From NCBI GenBank assembly GCA_031262035.1, contig JAISIL010000054.1, forward strand, positions 23,425-87,424: DNA of 64,000 nt, read 5' to 3'. The notes under the pieces were generated by a model, which saw nothing but the letters and a program-made list of their open reading frames with translations, did not search any database and was not told where the DNA came from. This DNA comes from Spirochaetaceae bacterium (GTDB lineage: Bacteria; Spirochaetota; Spirochaetia; Treponematales; Breznakiellaceae). Position 1 is the first letter of the stretch. Each line of letters opens with the position of its first letter. Shown here one piece after another: positions 45,985-55,588 of this stretch. Both the position numbers and the translations under genes were made by a program.

Positions 45985-47171
45985 TTCTCCAACAAGATAA
46001 TCTCCACCCGCCGGTTTTTTTTGCGGCCTTCTTCGCCGGCATTGTCGGCAAGGGGCCTGGTGTCGCCATAGCCTTTTGCGATAATATGCTCGGGGCTGCG
46101 CACTCCGCTTTGTATCAGGTAGTTTGCCACACTTGCAGCACGGGCTTCGGACAGCCGCATACTGCTTGCGGCATCTCCTATTTTTGCGGTGTGGCCTGCA
46201 ACCAAAATATCTCTATCGGGATACTTTTTTAGAATGGCAATAATCGCATTAAGCTTTGCCGCCTCGCTTGCTATCAGTTCCGGGGAATCGGGCGGGAAAT
46301 TGATATTATCAAGGCTGATTGCAATGCCTTCATCGGTAACACGGACATCCCCTTCAGGAATTTCCTCTGATAAATCTTTTGCCAACTGCTCCTTGTTCAT
46401 ATTCTCTGCATTGTGGATTTCCGCCTTCGCGCTGCCCTTGTATTCAATCACTGCACCATCGTTCATTTCAAAAATCATTCGAAAATCTTCTGTGTAAGAA
46501 GCCGGCCTCCCATTGACTGCATCCCACAAAAGAGACATCTTGCTTTCACCAATTATCTTGAGGGGCTTTGTTTCGTAAATCCGGTAAGAAATTTCAAATT
46601 GATTGTTGCCCTTGTAGGTATAATTTGCAGTAAAGGGAATAGGGTAGGGCTCTTTTATATTGAAGTTCTTCCGAAAATCATGCACCTCAAGTCCTTCGGC
46701 CTCCCAGCTATCGCCGGGTTCTAAGTCCTTTGCCGGAAACACCGGCAGATTACGCACCATCGGCATAAAGGCGCTTTTTTCCACCGTCATCATTCCCCGT
46801 GCATCCTGCCGGTAACTGGTGCTGTATTCCTCGGCCCAAGTAAACACCTTCCCCTTACCGGCACTCTCAGATGTTTGATAAATTCCTTCTATTATATTAT
46901 CAGCTTTAACACTCGCCGCTATCCGATTGAGGATATTCGAGGTATGACTGTATTGCCTGTTGATATAGACCTCTTCGTCTACGGTGGACAATATCCGATA
47001 TTGCGAACCGGCGGGAAATTTCCAGGTGAAGGTCTCGGCGTCAATAGATAAAACAACTACAAACAACAAACAGAATACGGTGGTAAGGGCGGAAAATTTT
47101 CCGCCCTTACCGTAGGGGTAGGTTTTAAACCTACCCCTACCACCCTGTCTTTTGTGGTTAATCTTCTGCAT
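45981..47171 (-). CDS. OmpA-family protein (C-terminal OmpA/MotB peptidoglycan-binding domain)
   Basis: ...LVAGHTAKIGDAASSMRLSEARAASVANYL...GEEGRKKNRRVEIILL. Its ATG overlaps the stop of the upstream PRTase gene by 1 nt. Confidence 0.8.
   Translation of the reverse strand: MQKINHKRQGGRGRFKTYPYGKGGKFSALTTVFCLLFVVVLSIDAETFTWKFPAGSQYRILSTVDEEVYINRQYSHTSNILNRIAASVKADNIIEGIYQTSESAGKGKVFTWAEEYSTSYRQDARGMMTVEKSAFMPMVRNLPVFPAKDLEPGDSWEAEGLEVHDFRKNFNIKEPYPIPFTANYTYKGNNQFEISYRIYETKPLKIIGESKMSLLWDAVNGRPASYTEDFRMIFEMNDGAVIEYKGSAKAEIHNAENMNKEQLAKDLSEEIPEGDVRVTDEGIAISLDNINFPPDSPELIASEAAKLNAIIAILKKYPDRDILVAGHTAKIGDAASSMRLSEARAASVANYLIQSGVRSPEHIIAKGYGDTRPLADNAGEEGRKKNRRVEIILLEN
47083..47140. repeat. Double-hairpin element (GTAGGGG...CCCCTAC plus GGGCGG...CCGCCC type) inside the 5' coding end of the OmpA-family gene
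   Basis: GTAAGGGCGGAAAATTTTCCGCCCTTAC (47083-47110) and GTAGGGGTAGGTTTTAAACCTACCCCTAC (47112-47140). Same two-hairpin order on the coding strand as 54625-54673. Confidence 0.8.
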
Positions 47172-47776
47172 TATAAAATATCCAGCACCGTTCGCAGCTC
47201 CGGGTCGTGTTTGTAGTAGTTTTCTTCCAGTTCCTCTTTACCAAGGCCTACAAGCTCGTGGCTCATGTAGTGAATCCAGTAGGGTTCATCATTTAGCGAA
47301 AGTTCGTGTTTACGGCACCAATAGTCAGGCTGAATGGGAAGCTGCTTTGGTGCGTCATAGAAATACTTGTAATCATGCACGGCAACCTTCAGGTCATCAC
47401 GGGGGATGCCCCGGTCGACAATAATCTGTGCCAGATGATTAATCGTCCTTCCGGAATCGAAAATATCATCTATTAAAAGCACCTTGTCGCCTACGCGAAG
47501 ATGCGCCGGGTCGTAAGTCCAGCCTTCAACACGGATAAGCTCCTCGGACTGCCGCACACCGGTGTAAGAACGGGCTACCACCGCAGCATAGTAGACAGGC
47601 CGATGCTCAGGCTTCTGGAGAATCTTAAAATACTCACTAATCACATTCCCCATGTAAGCCCCTCCGCGGAGGGACACATAGATAACATCAGGGACAAAGC
47701 CCTCATCATAAATCCGCTTTGCCAGCTTCAAAGCATTGTTACGAACAACATCGTAAGGTAAAAATTCCTTCTTCAT
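47171..47776 (-). CDS. Phosphoribosyltransferase-family protein (purine PRTase-like)
   Basis: PRPP-binding motif VLLIDDIFDSGRT, 201 aa. Confidence 0.7.
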   Translation of the reverse strand: MKKEFLPYDVVRNNALKLAKRIYDEGFVPDVIYVSLRGGAYMGNVISEYFKILQKPEHRPVYYAAVVARSYTGVRQSEELIRVEGWTYDPAHLRVGDKVLLIDDIFDSGRTINHLAQIIVDRGIPRDDLKVAVHDYKYFYDAPKQLPIQPDYWCRKHELSLNDEPYWIHYMSHELVGLGKEELEENYYKHDPELRTVLDIL

Positions 47777-47823
47777 GCGGATAGTATAGCATAAATTTTA
47801 TTTTTATGCTAGAATAAGAAAAT

Positions 47824-47883
47824 CTCACGCAAAGCCGCAAAGGCGCCAAGGTTTTTCTTCGCGACTTTGCGCCTTTGCGTGAG
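47824..47883. repeat. CGCAAAG-type palindromic element, copy 1
   Basis: CTCACGCAAAGCCGCAAAGGCGC...GCGCCTTTGCGTGAG. Confidence 0.8.
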
Positions 47884-47904
47884 CTTATTCTAATGGAGGT
47901 TAAG

Positions 47905-49389
47905 ATGATTCTATGTGGAATTGACTTAGGCACACAATCTTGCAAGGTCGCTCTCTATGACAGCGAGAAGCACGAGATAGTCGCCAAGGCGCAGGAAGCG
48001 GTAGCGCTTATTTCTGAAAACGACGGCACCCGGGAGCAGAAGGCCGAATGGTATGATGCAGCCCTGGAAAAATGTTTTGCTGCACTGGACGGCGGCCTCA
48101 AGGCTCAGATTAAGGGCATCGGGGTCTCAGGCCATCAGCATAGCCTGGTGCCGCTGGATGCCGAAGGCAAGGCTCTTTACAATGTAAAGATGTGGAACGA
48201 TACGGCAACCCTTGCCGAATGCGCAGAACTGACCGCAGCAATGGGCGGCGAGGAGGCCCTTATTGCCGAACAGGGCTTGCCGATGCGGCCCGGTTATACG
48301 GCGCCCAAGGTCCTCTGGCTCAAGAACCACAAACCCGAGGCCTTTAACAAATTGGCACACATCCTTTTGTCCCATGATTATATCAATTATCTTTTAACGG
48401 GGAACTATGTGGCTGAATACGGCGACGGCTCGGGCACAGCCCTCTTCGATGTCCGCAAGCGCGTGTGGGCCAAACGAACCTGCGATACGATTGGCCCCAA
48501 TGTGTTCGCCGCATTGCCCGAACTGCATTCTTCCGAGCAGCCTGCCGGAAAAGTATCGGCAAAGGCGGCAGCCCGTTTCGGCATTCCCGAAGGCGCCTTG
48601 GTTGCAGCCGGCGGCGGCGATAATATGATGGCCGCTATTGGAACAGGCACCGTAGCCAATGGGGCACTGACCATGAGCCTTGGCACAAGCGGCACCCTCT
48701 ATGGCTATTCCGACAAGCCGGTTATCGACCCAACCGGCGGGGTTTCGGCCTTCTGTTCGAGCACCGGCGGCTGGCTTCCCCTGCATTGTTCAAATAACTG
48801 CACGGTGGCAAGCGAAAACTTCCGTGCCCTCTTCGGCCTTGATGTCCGTGCCTTCGATGCAGAGGCGGAAAAGGCCCCGGCGGGAAGCGAAGGGGTCATC
48901 ATTCTGCCCTATTTTGATGGGGAACGCAACCCCAACCTCCCCCACGGCAAGGCCAGCCTCATGGGCATGAATTCAGCAAACTTCAACAAGGCAAATATAG
49001 CACGGGCTGCATTGGAATCTGCCATTTTCGGCCTTCGTTTTGGCCTGGAAAGTTTCCAGCGGCTTGGTTTCCAGCCTGCAAGCCTTAACCTGACAGGCGG
49101 CGGTGCAAAAAGCAAAATCTGGCAGCGAATTGCCGCCAATGTCATGAAGCTCCCCGTAATTGTGCCCGATGCAACCGAGGCGGCGGCAATGGGCGGGGCT
49201 ATTCAGGCTCTCTGGACCTTGCAAAAGCAGGAAGGAAGGGCAGAATCTATAGAAGCCCTGACAAAAGAGCATATCAAGGTCGATGAAGGGGCGGCTATCA
49301 AGCCCGACGCAGCCGAGTCGGCTATTTACGACAATGCCTACGCAGAGTTCATCAAGTATCTTGATGCAGTCAAGCCGATGTATCTGTAG
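47905..49389 (+). CDS. xylB: FGGY-family carbohydrate kinase, probably xylulokinase
   Basis: MILCGIDLGTQSCKV..., GGGDNMMAAIGTG. GGAGG lies 7 nt upstream of the ATG at 47905. Confidence 0.7.
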   Translation: MILCGIDLGTQSCKVALYDSEKHEIVAKAQEAVALISENDGTREQKAEWYDAALEKCFAALDGGLKAQIKGIGVSGHQHSLVPLDAEGKALYNVKMWNDTATLAECAELTAAMGGEEALIAEQGLPMRPGYTAPKVLWLKNHKPEAFNKLAHILLSHDYINYLLTGNYVAEYGDGSGTALFDVRKRVWAKRTCDTIGPNVFAALPELHSSEQPAGKVSAKAAARFGIPEGALVAAGGGDNMMAAIGTGTVANGALTMSLGTSGTLYGYSDKPVIDPTGGVSAFCSSTGGWLPLHCSNNCTVASENFRALFGLDVRAFDAEAEKAPAGSEGVIILPYFDGERNPNLPHGKASLMGMNSANFNKANIARAALESAIFGLRFGLESFQRLGFQPASLNLTGGGAKSKIWQRIAANVMKLPVIVPDATEAAAMGGAIQALWTLQKQEGRAESIEALTKEHIKVDEGAAIKPDAAESAIYDNAYAEFIKYLDAVKPMYL

Positions 49390-49437
49390 GGTATAGCAGG
49401 ATAGCATGGAAAAAAATAAAAATAATTTTAAATACTC

Positions 49438-49465
49438 TTGCATGTTTTTTCTAAATTGTTATAAT
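49438..49465 (+). promoter_or_regulatory. Candidate sigma70-like promoter for oadGAB
   Basis: TTGCAT, 16 nt, TATAAT. An AAGGGGAG SD lies before the ATG at 49487. Confidence 0.45.
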
Positions 49466-49486
49466 TAAAGGGTAAGGGGAGAAAAT

Positions 49487-49738
49487 ATGACAATACTAGA
49501 AATGTTGGAACAGAGCGGGGTTTTGACCATTATGGGAATGGGAACGGTTTTTCTCTTTCTCGTGCTGGTAATTATCTCTCTGACTATTATGGGAAAGGTT
49601 TTCCAACGCTTTCCGGACAAGACTGCGCCCGGCGCTCTGCCGGTATCCGGCCAGACGGCACAGGCTTCATCGAAACAATCTGATGTTGTTGCGGCAATCA
49701 CTGCGGCGGTAACTGAATATCGTAAGGGCCGGTCTTAG
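49487..49738 (+). CDS. oadG: Oxaloacetate decarboxylase gamma subunit (OadG family)
   Basis: 83 aa, with a single N-terminal TM helix (GVLTIMGMGTVFLFLVLVIISL). Located upstream of oadA. Confidence 0.75.
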   Translation: MTILEMLEQSGVLTIMGMGTVFLFLVLVIISLTIMGKVFQRFPDKTAPGALPVSGQTAQASSKQSDVVAAITAAVTEYRKGRS

Positions 49739-49774
49739 ACCTGCTCGTTATACTCGTTATATAGGAGATTAAAA

Positions 49775-51577
49775 ATGGCAAAGGTAAAACTGACAGATCT
49801 TATTTTAAGGGACGCTCATCAGTCCCTCATCGCTACTCGTATGACAACGGCGGACATGCTTCCGGCGCTGCCTCAATTGGATAAAATCGGCTTCTGGGCC
49901 CTGGAAGGCTGGGGCGGGGCAACTTTCGACACCTGCATGCGCTTTCTTAACGAAGATCCCTGGGAGAGGCTTCGCACTCTGAAGAAGAACCTCCCCAACA
50001 CCCCGATTATGATGCTCCTCCGCGGGCAGAACCTCCTTGGCTACCGGCACTATGCCGACGATGTCGTCGATAAGTTCGTCGAATATGCGGCCAAGAATGG
50101 TATTGATGTCTTCCGGATTTTCGATGCCTGCAACGACCCCCGCAACCTCGAGCGAAGCGCCAAGGCCGCCAAAAAGACCGGCAAACATGTCCAGATGGCC
50201 ATTTCCTATGCGACAACTCCCTTCCATACAAAAGAAGTCTATGCAAAACTGGCAAAAGAATACGCCGATTTCGGCGCCGACTCCATTTGTATCAAAGATA
50301 TGTCCGGTCTCCTCAAGCCCTACGAGACCTACGAGCTGGTTAAGGCTATCAAAAAGGTCGTAGATATTCCGATTGAAATCCACAGCCACGCCACCACCGG
50401 CCTTTCGGTTGCTTCCCTCTTGAAGGGCGCCGAGGCGGGGGCGGAAATTCTTGATACCTGTATCTCGTCGATGTCGATGCAGACCAGCCACAGCCCCACC
50501 GAGACTGTTGTCGAGATGTTCAAGGGCACCGAGTATGATACCGGGATGGATATTAAGCCGCTTTCCGAGATTGCCGCCTACTTCCGCGATGTGCGCAAGA
50601 AGTATGCCAAGTTTGATAACTCGCTCCCCGGCGCAGATGTTCGTATTCTGATTTCCCAGGTTCCCGGCGGTATGTTGAGTAACCTTGTTGACCAGTTGAA
50701 GCAGCAGAATGCTTCCGATAAATATGATGAAGTATTGAAGGAAATCCCCAAGGTTCAGGCCGATTGTGGTTATGTGCCCTTGGTAACGCCTACTTCACAG
50801 ATTGTAGGGACACAGGCCGTGTTCAATGTTCTTTTCGGACGCTACAAGAATATTACCAATGAGTGTGCAGACCTTGCCACCGGCCGCTATGGTGCAACAC
50901 CGGCGCCGGTAAACGAGGAACTGCGGGCACTGTCCTTAAAGAAAATGGGCTACGAAAAGGCCCTTACCTGCCGCCCTGCAGACGAAATCCCCAATGAATA
51001 CGATAAACTGGCAGCAGAAGCCCGTGCCGCAGGGGCAAAAACAGTAGAAGATGAACTTTCCTACATGATGTTCCCCAAGGTTGCACCAAAATTCTTCCAG
51101 GAAAGGGATAAGGGGCCGGTGGATTCAGCATCGTTCGCAGTGGTCTCGACAGGCGGGGCCGCCGGGGCTGCTGCACCCGCCGCCGCGAAGAAACCAGGCG
51201 AGGCCGAACGGTATAGTGTCAATGTTAATGGGGCCAACTATGATGTAGTGGTCGCACCGGCCGGAACGGTTGCCGTAACACCGGCTGCTGCTCCTGCCGC
51301 CGCACCTGCCGCTGCCGCTCCGGCACCCGTTGCCGCAGCGCCTGCACCCGCAGCACCCTCGGCTGGGGCCACTCCATTACTGGCACCTGTTGCAGGCACT
51401 CTCTTGCGCTATTCCGTTGCAGAAGGGGCAAGCGTCAATTCAGGCGACACAGTGGTCATCATAGAATCAATGAAGATGGAACTGGAAATTAAGGCAACAG
51501 CAGCCGGCAAGGTCCACTTCCTGGTCCCAACCGGAACCCAAGTGGCAAGCCAGCAGGCTATTGCTGAAATCGGATAA
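49775..51577 (+). CDS. oadA: Oxaloacetate decarboxylase alpha subunit (carboxyltransferase + biotinyl carrier domain)
   Basis: LRDAHQSL..., an Ala/Pro-rich linker, and the biotinylation motif IESMKMELEI. Confidence 0.85.
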   Translation: MAKVKLTDLILRDAHQSLIATRMTTADMLPALPQLDKIGFWALEGWGGATFDTCMRFLNEDPWERLRTLKKNLPNTPIMMLLRGQNLLGYRHYADDVVDKFVEYAAKNGIDVFRIFDACNDPRNLERSAKAAKKTGKHVQMAISYATTPFHTKEVYAKLAKEYADFGADSICIKDMSGLLKPYETYELVKAIKKVVDIPIEIHSHATTGLSVASLLKGAEAGAEILDTCISSMSMQTSHSPTETVVEMFKGTEYDTGMDIKPLSEIAAYFRDVRKKYAKFDNSLPGADVRILISQVPGGMLSNLVDQLKQQNASDKYDEVLKEIPKVQADCGYVPLVTPTSQIVGTQAVFNVLFGRYKNITNECADLATGRYGATPAPVNEELRALSLKKMGYEKALTCRPADEIPNEYDKLAAEARAAGAKTVEDELSYMMFPKVAPKFFQERDKGPVDSASFAVVSTGGAAGAAAPAAAKKPGEAERYSVNVNGANYDVVVAPAGTVAVTPAAAPAAAPAAAAPAPVAAAPAPAAPSAGATPLLAPVAGTLLRYSVAEGASVNSGDTVVIIESMKMELEIKATAAGKVHFLVPTGTQVASQQAIAEIG

Positions 51578-51581
51578 ATAG

Positions 51582-51660
51582 CTCACGCAAAGGCGCAAAG
51601 ACGCAAGGTTTCGATTTGATTGCTTATTGTAACCTTTGCGCCTTTGCGGCTTTGCGTGAG
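51582..51660. repeat. CGCAAAG-type palindromic element, copy 2 (between oadA and oadB)
   Basis: CTCACGCAAAGGCGCAAAGACGCAAGG...CCTTTGCGCCTTTGCGGCTTTGCGTGAG. Confidence 0.8.
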
Positions 51661-51683
51661 ATTCTTAAATTAAAGGATAAAAT

Positions 51684-53069
51684 ATGCTGAATTTAAAACA
51701 AAACCCGATGAAGGTTTTTAAAATATGCCTTCTTCTGATGGTTGGGGCTATTGCCTTTTCCCTGGTAACTACAGCTTTTGCTCCAAGGGTAGAGGCACAG
51801 ACGGGTAGGGAAAATCTGCCTTCTATCCACAATATGGACGGGATTATACCGGGCAGTGAGGATATTCCGGAGGTTACCTTCAATTCTTATCTGCAAAACC
51901 TTGGTGAAACAACCGGCATCTATGCCTTTATCAACGACAAACTCAGCAAGGAGACTCCTTCAGGGGATACAACTACGGTTTTCGGTTGGCAGGAACTTTT
52001 GATGATTCTTGTCGGTTTCCTTGTTATCTACCTGGGGGCTGCCAAGGGATTTGAACCGCTGCTCCTTATCCCCATCGGCTTTGGTGTTGTCTTTGTCAAC
52101 ATACCCTTTGCCGGTATGGGGGCTGGTCCGCACGGTTTCCTTCATATTATATACGAGGCCGGCGTTGGCAATGAATTTTTCCCGCTGATTATCTTTATGG
52201 GCATTGGCGCTATGACCGACTTCGGCCCCCTTATTGCCAACCCAAAGACGGCTTTGTTAGGTGCTGCGGCACAGTTTGGTGTCTTCGGGACCCTGTTTTT
52301 CATCTCCGTTGCAAACCTTCTTCCCGGTGTTGCCTTTAACCTGAAGGAAGCATGCTCGGTTGCCATTATTGGCGGTGCCGATGGTCCTACCACCATCTAC
52401 ATAGCGGCAAAACTTGCCCCGCATTTGCTTGCAACCGTTGCCGTTGCCGCTTATTCCTACATGGCACTCGTGCCGATTATTCAGCCGCCTATCATGAAGG
52501 CCCTGACAAGCGAAAAAGAACGGAAAATAAAGATGCGGCAGTTAAGGGAAGTGTCCAAAAAAGAGAAGATTATCTTCCCGATTTTGGTTTTCTCGTTGAC
52601 CTTTCTTCTTCTGCCTTCTGCGGCCTCCCTGATTGGTTGTATGATGTTCGGGAATTTTATTAAAGAAATAGGCGTTGTCGACCGGCTTTCCAAAACGGCG
52701 CAGAATGAACTGATGAACATTGTTTCAATGTTCCTGTCCCTCGGTGTCGGGAGCCAAATGACCCCTGAAAAATTCCTTAACCCATCGAGCCTGATTATTG
52801 TTGTGATGGGTTTGGTGGCATTCGCAATAGCCACAGCAACCGGTATACTGATTGCCAAACTGATGAATGTCTTCCTGAAAGAAAAAATCAATCCGCTTAT
52901 CGGTTCGGCAGGTGTTTCAGCCGTGCCAATGGCAGCCCGTGTCTCCAACAAGGTTGGTTTAGAGGCCGACCCAGGAAACTTCCTCCTGATGCACGCCATG
53001 GGCCCCAATGTCGCCGGCGTATTAGGCACAGCCATAGCGGCAGGCGTCATGATTGCGGTGTATGGATAA
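51684..53069 (+). CDS. oadB: Na+-transporting oxaloacetate decarboxylase beta subunit
   Basis: 461 aa polytopic membrane protein with OadB-like blocks ([34 protein letters not shown]). Confidence 0.85.
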   Translation: MLNLKQNPMKVFKICLLLMVGAIAFSLVTTAFAPRVEAQTGRENLPSIHNMDGIIPGSEDIPEVTFNSYLQNLGETTGIYAFINDKLSKETPSGDTTTVFGWQELLMILVGFLVIYLGAAKGFEPLLLIPIGFGVVFVNIPFAGMGAGPHGFLHIIYEAGVGNEFFPLIIFMGIGAMTDFGPLIANPKTALLGAAAQFGVFGTLFFISVANLLPGVAFNLKEACSVAIIGGADGPTTIYIAAKLAPHLLATVAVAAYSYMALVPIIQPPIMKALTSEKERKIKMRQLREVSKKEKIIFPILVFSLTFLLLPSAASLIGCMMFGNFIKEIGVVDRLSKTAQNELMNIVSMFLSLGVGSQMTPEKFLNPSSLIIVVMGLVAFAIATATGILIAKLMNVFLKEKINPLIGSAGVSAVPMAARVSNKVGLEADPGNFLLMHAMGPNVAGVLGTAIAAGVMIAVYG

Positions 53070-53073
53070 TTAA

Positions 53074-53165
53074 AACCACGAATGACACGAATCCGCCTAC
53101 GGCGGACACGAATGGTCTACGATTTGTATGTAATAATTCGTGTTTTATTCGTGTCATTCGTGGTT
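53074..53165. repeat. CACGAAT-heptamer palindromic element, copy 5
   Basis: AACCACGAATGACACGAAT-CCGCCTACGGCGGA-CACGAAT...ATTCGTGTTTTATTCGTGTCATTCGTGGTT. Confidence 0.85.
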
Positions 53166-53179
53166 AAAATAATAATAAA

Positions 53180-53734
53180 ATGTCTGTAATTGAGATAATC
53201 CTGATATCCCTATCCCTCGCCGCTGATGCATTCGCTGTATCGATGTGTCTTGGTCTTTCGGTGAAAGGCGGGGCACGGGTGGGGAATATGGTATCCGCCG
53301 GGCTGTATTTCGGTGTCTTTCAGGCGCTGATGCCTCTTGCAGGTTTTTTTCTGGGGTCTGTTTTTGCCAATAGAATTGCCGCATACGACCATTGGGTAAT
53401 ATTTGCATTGTTGGCCTTCATCGGCGGAAAAATGATTTGGGAATCTTTCACCGGCAAGGACGATACGGAATATACGAGCGACCAATTCCGGTTCGCAAAC
53501 ATGTTAATGCTTGCCATTGCTACAAGCATTGACGCATTGGGTGTCGGCATTACCTTTGCTTTTTCAAAAATCAATGTTCCGCTGGCCGTCTCGTGCATTG
53601 GCATTATCACCTTTGCCCTTTCCGCTGTCGGTGTTAAAATCGGTTCTGTCTTTGGCTCAAAGTATAAGAGCAAGGCCGAATTGGCCGGCGGCATTGTTCT
53701 TGTGTTGTTGGGGTTGAAGGCCTTGTTTCTTTAA
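53180..53734 (+). CDS. mntP: Manganese efflux pump MntP
   Basis: 184 aa. LSLAADAFAVS and ATSIDALGVG repeat halves. Confidence 0.8.
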   Translation: MSVIEIILISLSLAADAFAVSMCLGLSVKGGARVGNMVSAGLYFGVFQALMPLAGFFLGSVFANRIAAYDHWVIFALLAFIGGKMIWESFTGKDDTEYTSDQFRFANMLMLAIATSIDALGVGITFAFSKINVPLAVSCIGIITFALSAVGVKIGSVFGSKYKSKAELAGGIVLVLLGLKALFL

Positions 53735-53809
53735 TTCGTGGTTAATCATTTTACCCACATTTTACAAACCCTTTATATCGATTTCATATTGATAAGATAC
53801 ATTATCAGC

Positions 53810-54628
53810 ATGAAACAGAAAATCATTATTTTGCCGCTTCTATTGGCGGCTCTTTTCACCGGCTGTATCAATCGGGGGAAAGACATTGTTGTTGTGTCCC
53901 GGGAAGACGGTTCGGGAACCCGTGGCGCCTTCATCGAACTTTTTGGTATCGAACAAAAGGGGACTGACGGCAGTAAAAAAGACACTACCACCAAAGAGGC
54001 CCTTATAGCAAAACAAACCGATGTCATGATGACTACCGTTGCAGGCGATAAAAATGCAATTGGTTACATTTCGCTTGGTTCACTTAACGACACGGTAAAG
54101 GCGCTATCGATTGACGGCGGGGCATTCAAGGCGGAAAGGCCTTTTTACATTGCCATTAAGGACAGTGCAGAGAGTGGCAGCCCTCTGCAAAAAGAATTTA
54201 TCGAATTCATTCTATCCGAACAGGGGCAGGAAGTTGTTGCAAAAAGCTACATTGCAGTGAAGCCGCAAGCTGAAAGCTTTAAGAGTAAAAAGCCTGATGG
54301 TAAGATTGTTGTTGCAGGCTCCTCGTCAGTAACACCGGTAATGGAAAAACTGAAAGAGGCATACACAAGCCTTAATCCCTATGGCGCTATCGAAATACAG
54401 CAAAGCGATTCATCTGCCGGGCTGAGTGCCTGCATAGACGGCATCTGCGATATAGCCATGGCAAGCCGCGAACTAAAAGATGCAGAAAAAACAACCCTCA
54501 CCCCAATACAAATTGCCACAGACGGCATTGCAGTAATTGTAAACAAAAGCAACACGGTAGATAATGCAACACGGGAAGAGGTGAAGAAGATATTCACCGG
54601 GGAATTGAGCACATGGAATGCAATGTAG
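53810..54628 (+). CDS. pstS: Phosphate ABC transporter substrate-binding lipoprotein
   Basis: Lipobox LFTGC. SREDGSGTRGAF, GSSSVTPVMEKL and IAVIVNKSN...IFTGELSTWN. Confidence 0.8.
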   Translation: MKQKIIILPLLLAALFTGCINRGKDIVVVSREDGSGTRGAFIELFGIEQKGTDGSKKDTTTKEALIAKQTDVMMTTVAGDKNAIGYISLGSLNDTVKALSIDGGAFKAERPFYIAIKDSAESGSPLQKEFIEFILSEQGQEVVAKSYIAVKPQAESFKSKKPDGKIVVAGSSSVTPVMEKLKEAYTSLNPYGAIEIQQSDSSAGLSACIDGICDIAMASRELKDAEKTTLTPIQIATDGIAVIVNKSNTVDNATREEVKKIFTGELSTWNAM

Positions 54629-55500
54629 GGGCAGGGCGAGCCCTGCCCCTACGGGCGGGCAAAGCCCGCCCGTCCGAGACGGTTTGCCATATTATTTTTT
54701 TATTATGCGCCATCGTCTCAATCCTTTGCGTTATCCTCATCTGCATTTTTCTTTTTGCCAATGCACTGCCTGCATTCCGGAAAATTGGACTTGTGCAATT
54801 CCTTTTAGGCAGGGATTGGTCGCCTTCGGATACGCCGCCTGCCTTTGGCATCTTACCTATGATACTGGGGAGTGTGTATGTTACGATTGGTGCTCTGGTA
54901 GTAGGTGTGCCTATAGGTATTTTGTGTGCAGTCTTTTTGGTTAAGACCTGTCCGAAAAAACTTTACCGAATAGTAAAACCGGGAATTGACTTGCTTGCCG
55001 GTATCCCCTCCGTGGTCTACGGCTTTTTTGGTATGGCAGCCATCGTGCCGCTTTTTGGAAACAGTATTCTCTCTGCCTCTATTCTGTTGGGCATAATGAT
55101 TCTTCCTACGGTAATTGGCCTTTCGGAAAGTGCAGTTCGTGCAGTAAATGAACAGTATTATGAAGGGGCTTTGGCACTGGGGGCGGGGCATTACCGTGCA
55201 GTTTTTTGCGTAGTGCTCCCTGCGGCAAAATCCGGTGTGCTGGCGGCAATTGTATTAGGCCTGGGGCGTGCCATCGGGGAAACAATGGCCGTGATTATGG
55301 TTGCCGGAAACCAGGCACGGATGCCGCTGTCTCTGTTAAAGGGGGTGCGAACAATGACGGCCAATATTGTAATAGAAATGGGCTATGCAACTGGGCTTCA
55401 CCGTGAGGCGCTTATTGCAACCGGGGTGGTATTGTTTGTGTTTATATTGATTATCAATGTTAGTTTTTCTGTGCTAAAACGGGGGAATAATCATGATTAA
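54613..55500 (+). CDS. pstC: Phosphate ABC transporter permease PstC
   Basis: Six-TM permease with RAIGETMAV. The only in-frame start is the ATG at 54613, which overlaps pstS by 16 nt. Codons 5-21 are therefore the double-hairpin repeat. Confidence 0.75.
   Translation: MECNVGAGRALPLRAGKARPSETVCHIIFLLCAIVSILCVILICIFLFANALPAFRKIGLVQFLLGRDWSPSDTPPAFGILPMILGSVYVTIGALVVGVPIGILCAVFLVKTCPKKLYRIVKPGIDLLAGIPSVVYGFFGMAAIVPLFGNSILSASILLGIMILPTVIGLSESAVRAVNEQYYEGALALGAGHYRAVFCVVLPAAKSGVLAAIVLGLGRAIGETMAVIMVAGNQARMPLSLLKGVRTMTANIVIEMGYATGLHREALIATGVVLFVFILIINVSFSVLKRGNNHD
54625..54673. repeat. Double-hairpin element at the pstS/pstC junction
   Basis: GTAGGGGCAGGG-CGAG-CCCTGCCCCTAC then GGGCGGGC-AAA-GCCCGCCC. 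Confidence 0.85.
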
Positions 55501-55588
55501 CCGCGAACCACGCAAACCACGCGAACACCACCGGTGGTTGAGCCTGTCGAAACCACTTGTCAAAGTCATTTCGACAAGCTCAATGACC
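55499..55588. repeat. Composite repeat at the pstC/pstA junction: AACCGCGAACCACGC-type unit plus an imperfect GGTTGAGCCTGTCGAAACC palindrome
   Basis: AACCGCGAACCACGCAAACCACGCGAAC (55499-55526). GGTGGTTGAGCCTGTCGAAACCAC (55533-55556) pairs with TTTCGACAAGCTCAATGACC (55569-55588), which contains the pstA ATG. Confidence 0.8.

Noticed and set aside
49805-50491. 228-aa antisense ORF, and several alternative-frame ORFs, inside oadA
   Set aside because: These are shadow ORFs within a gene that has clear carboxyltransferase and biotinyl motifs. They have no features of their own.
53074-53179. yybP-ykoY manganese riboswitch upstream of mntP
   Set aside because: The whole oadB-mntP spacer is occupied by the CACGAAT palindromic element. 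I could not see the conserved riboswitch core, though this has not been checked with a covariance model.
55493-55582. Track start of pstA at 55493, overlapping the pstC stop
   Set aside because: The first 30 codons would be a translation of the composite repeat. An ATG at 55583 precedes the first TM helix. This is kept as a caveat, since other genes here do appear to translate repeats.
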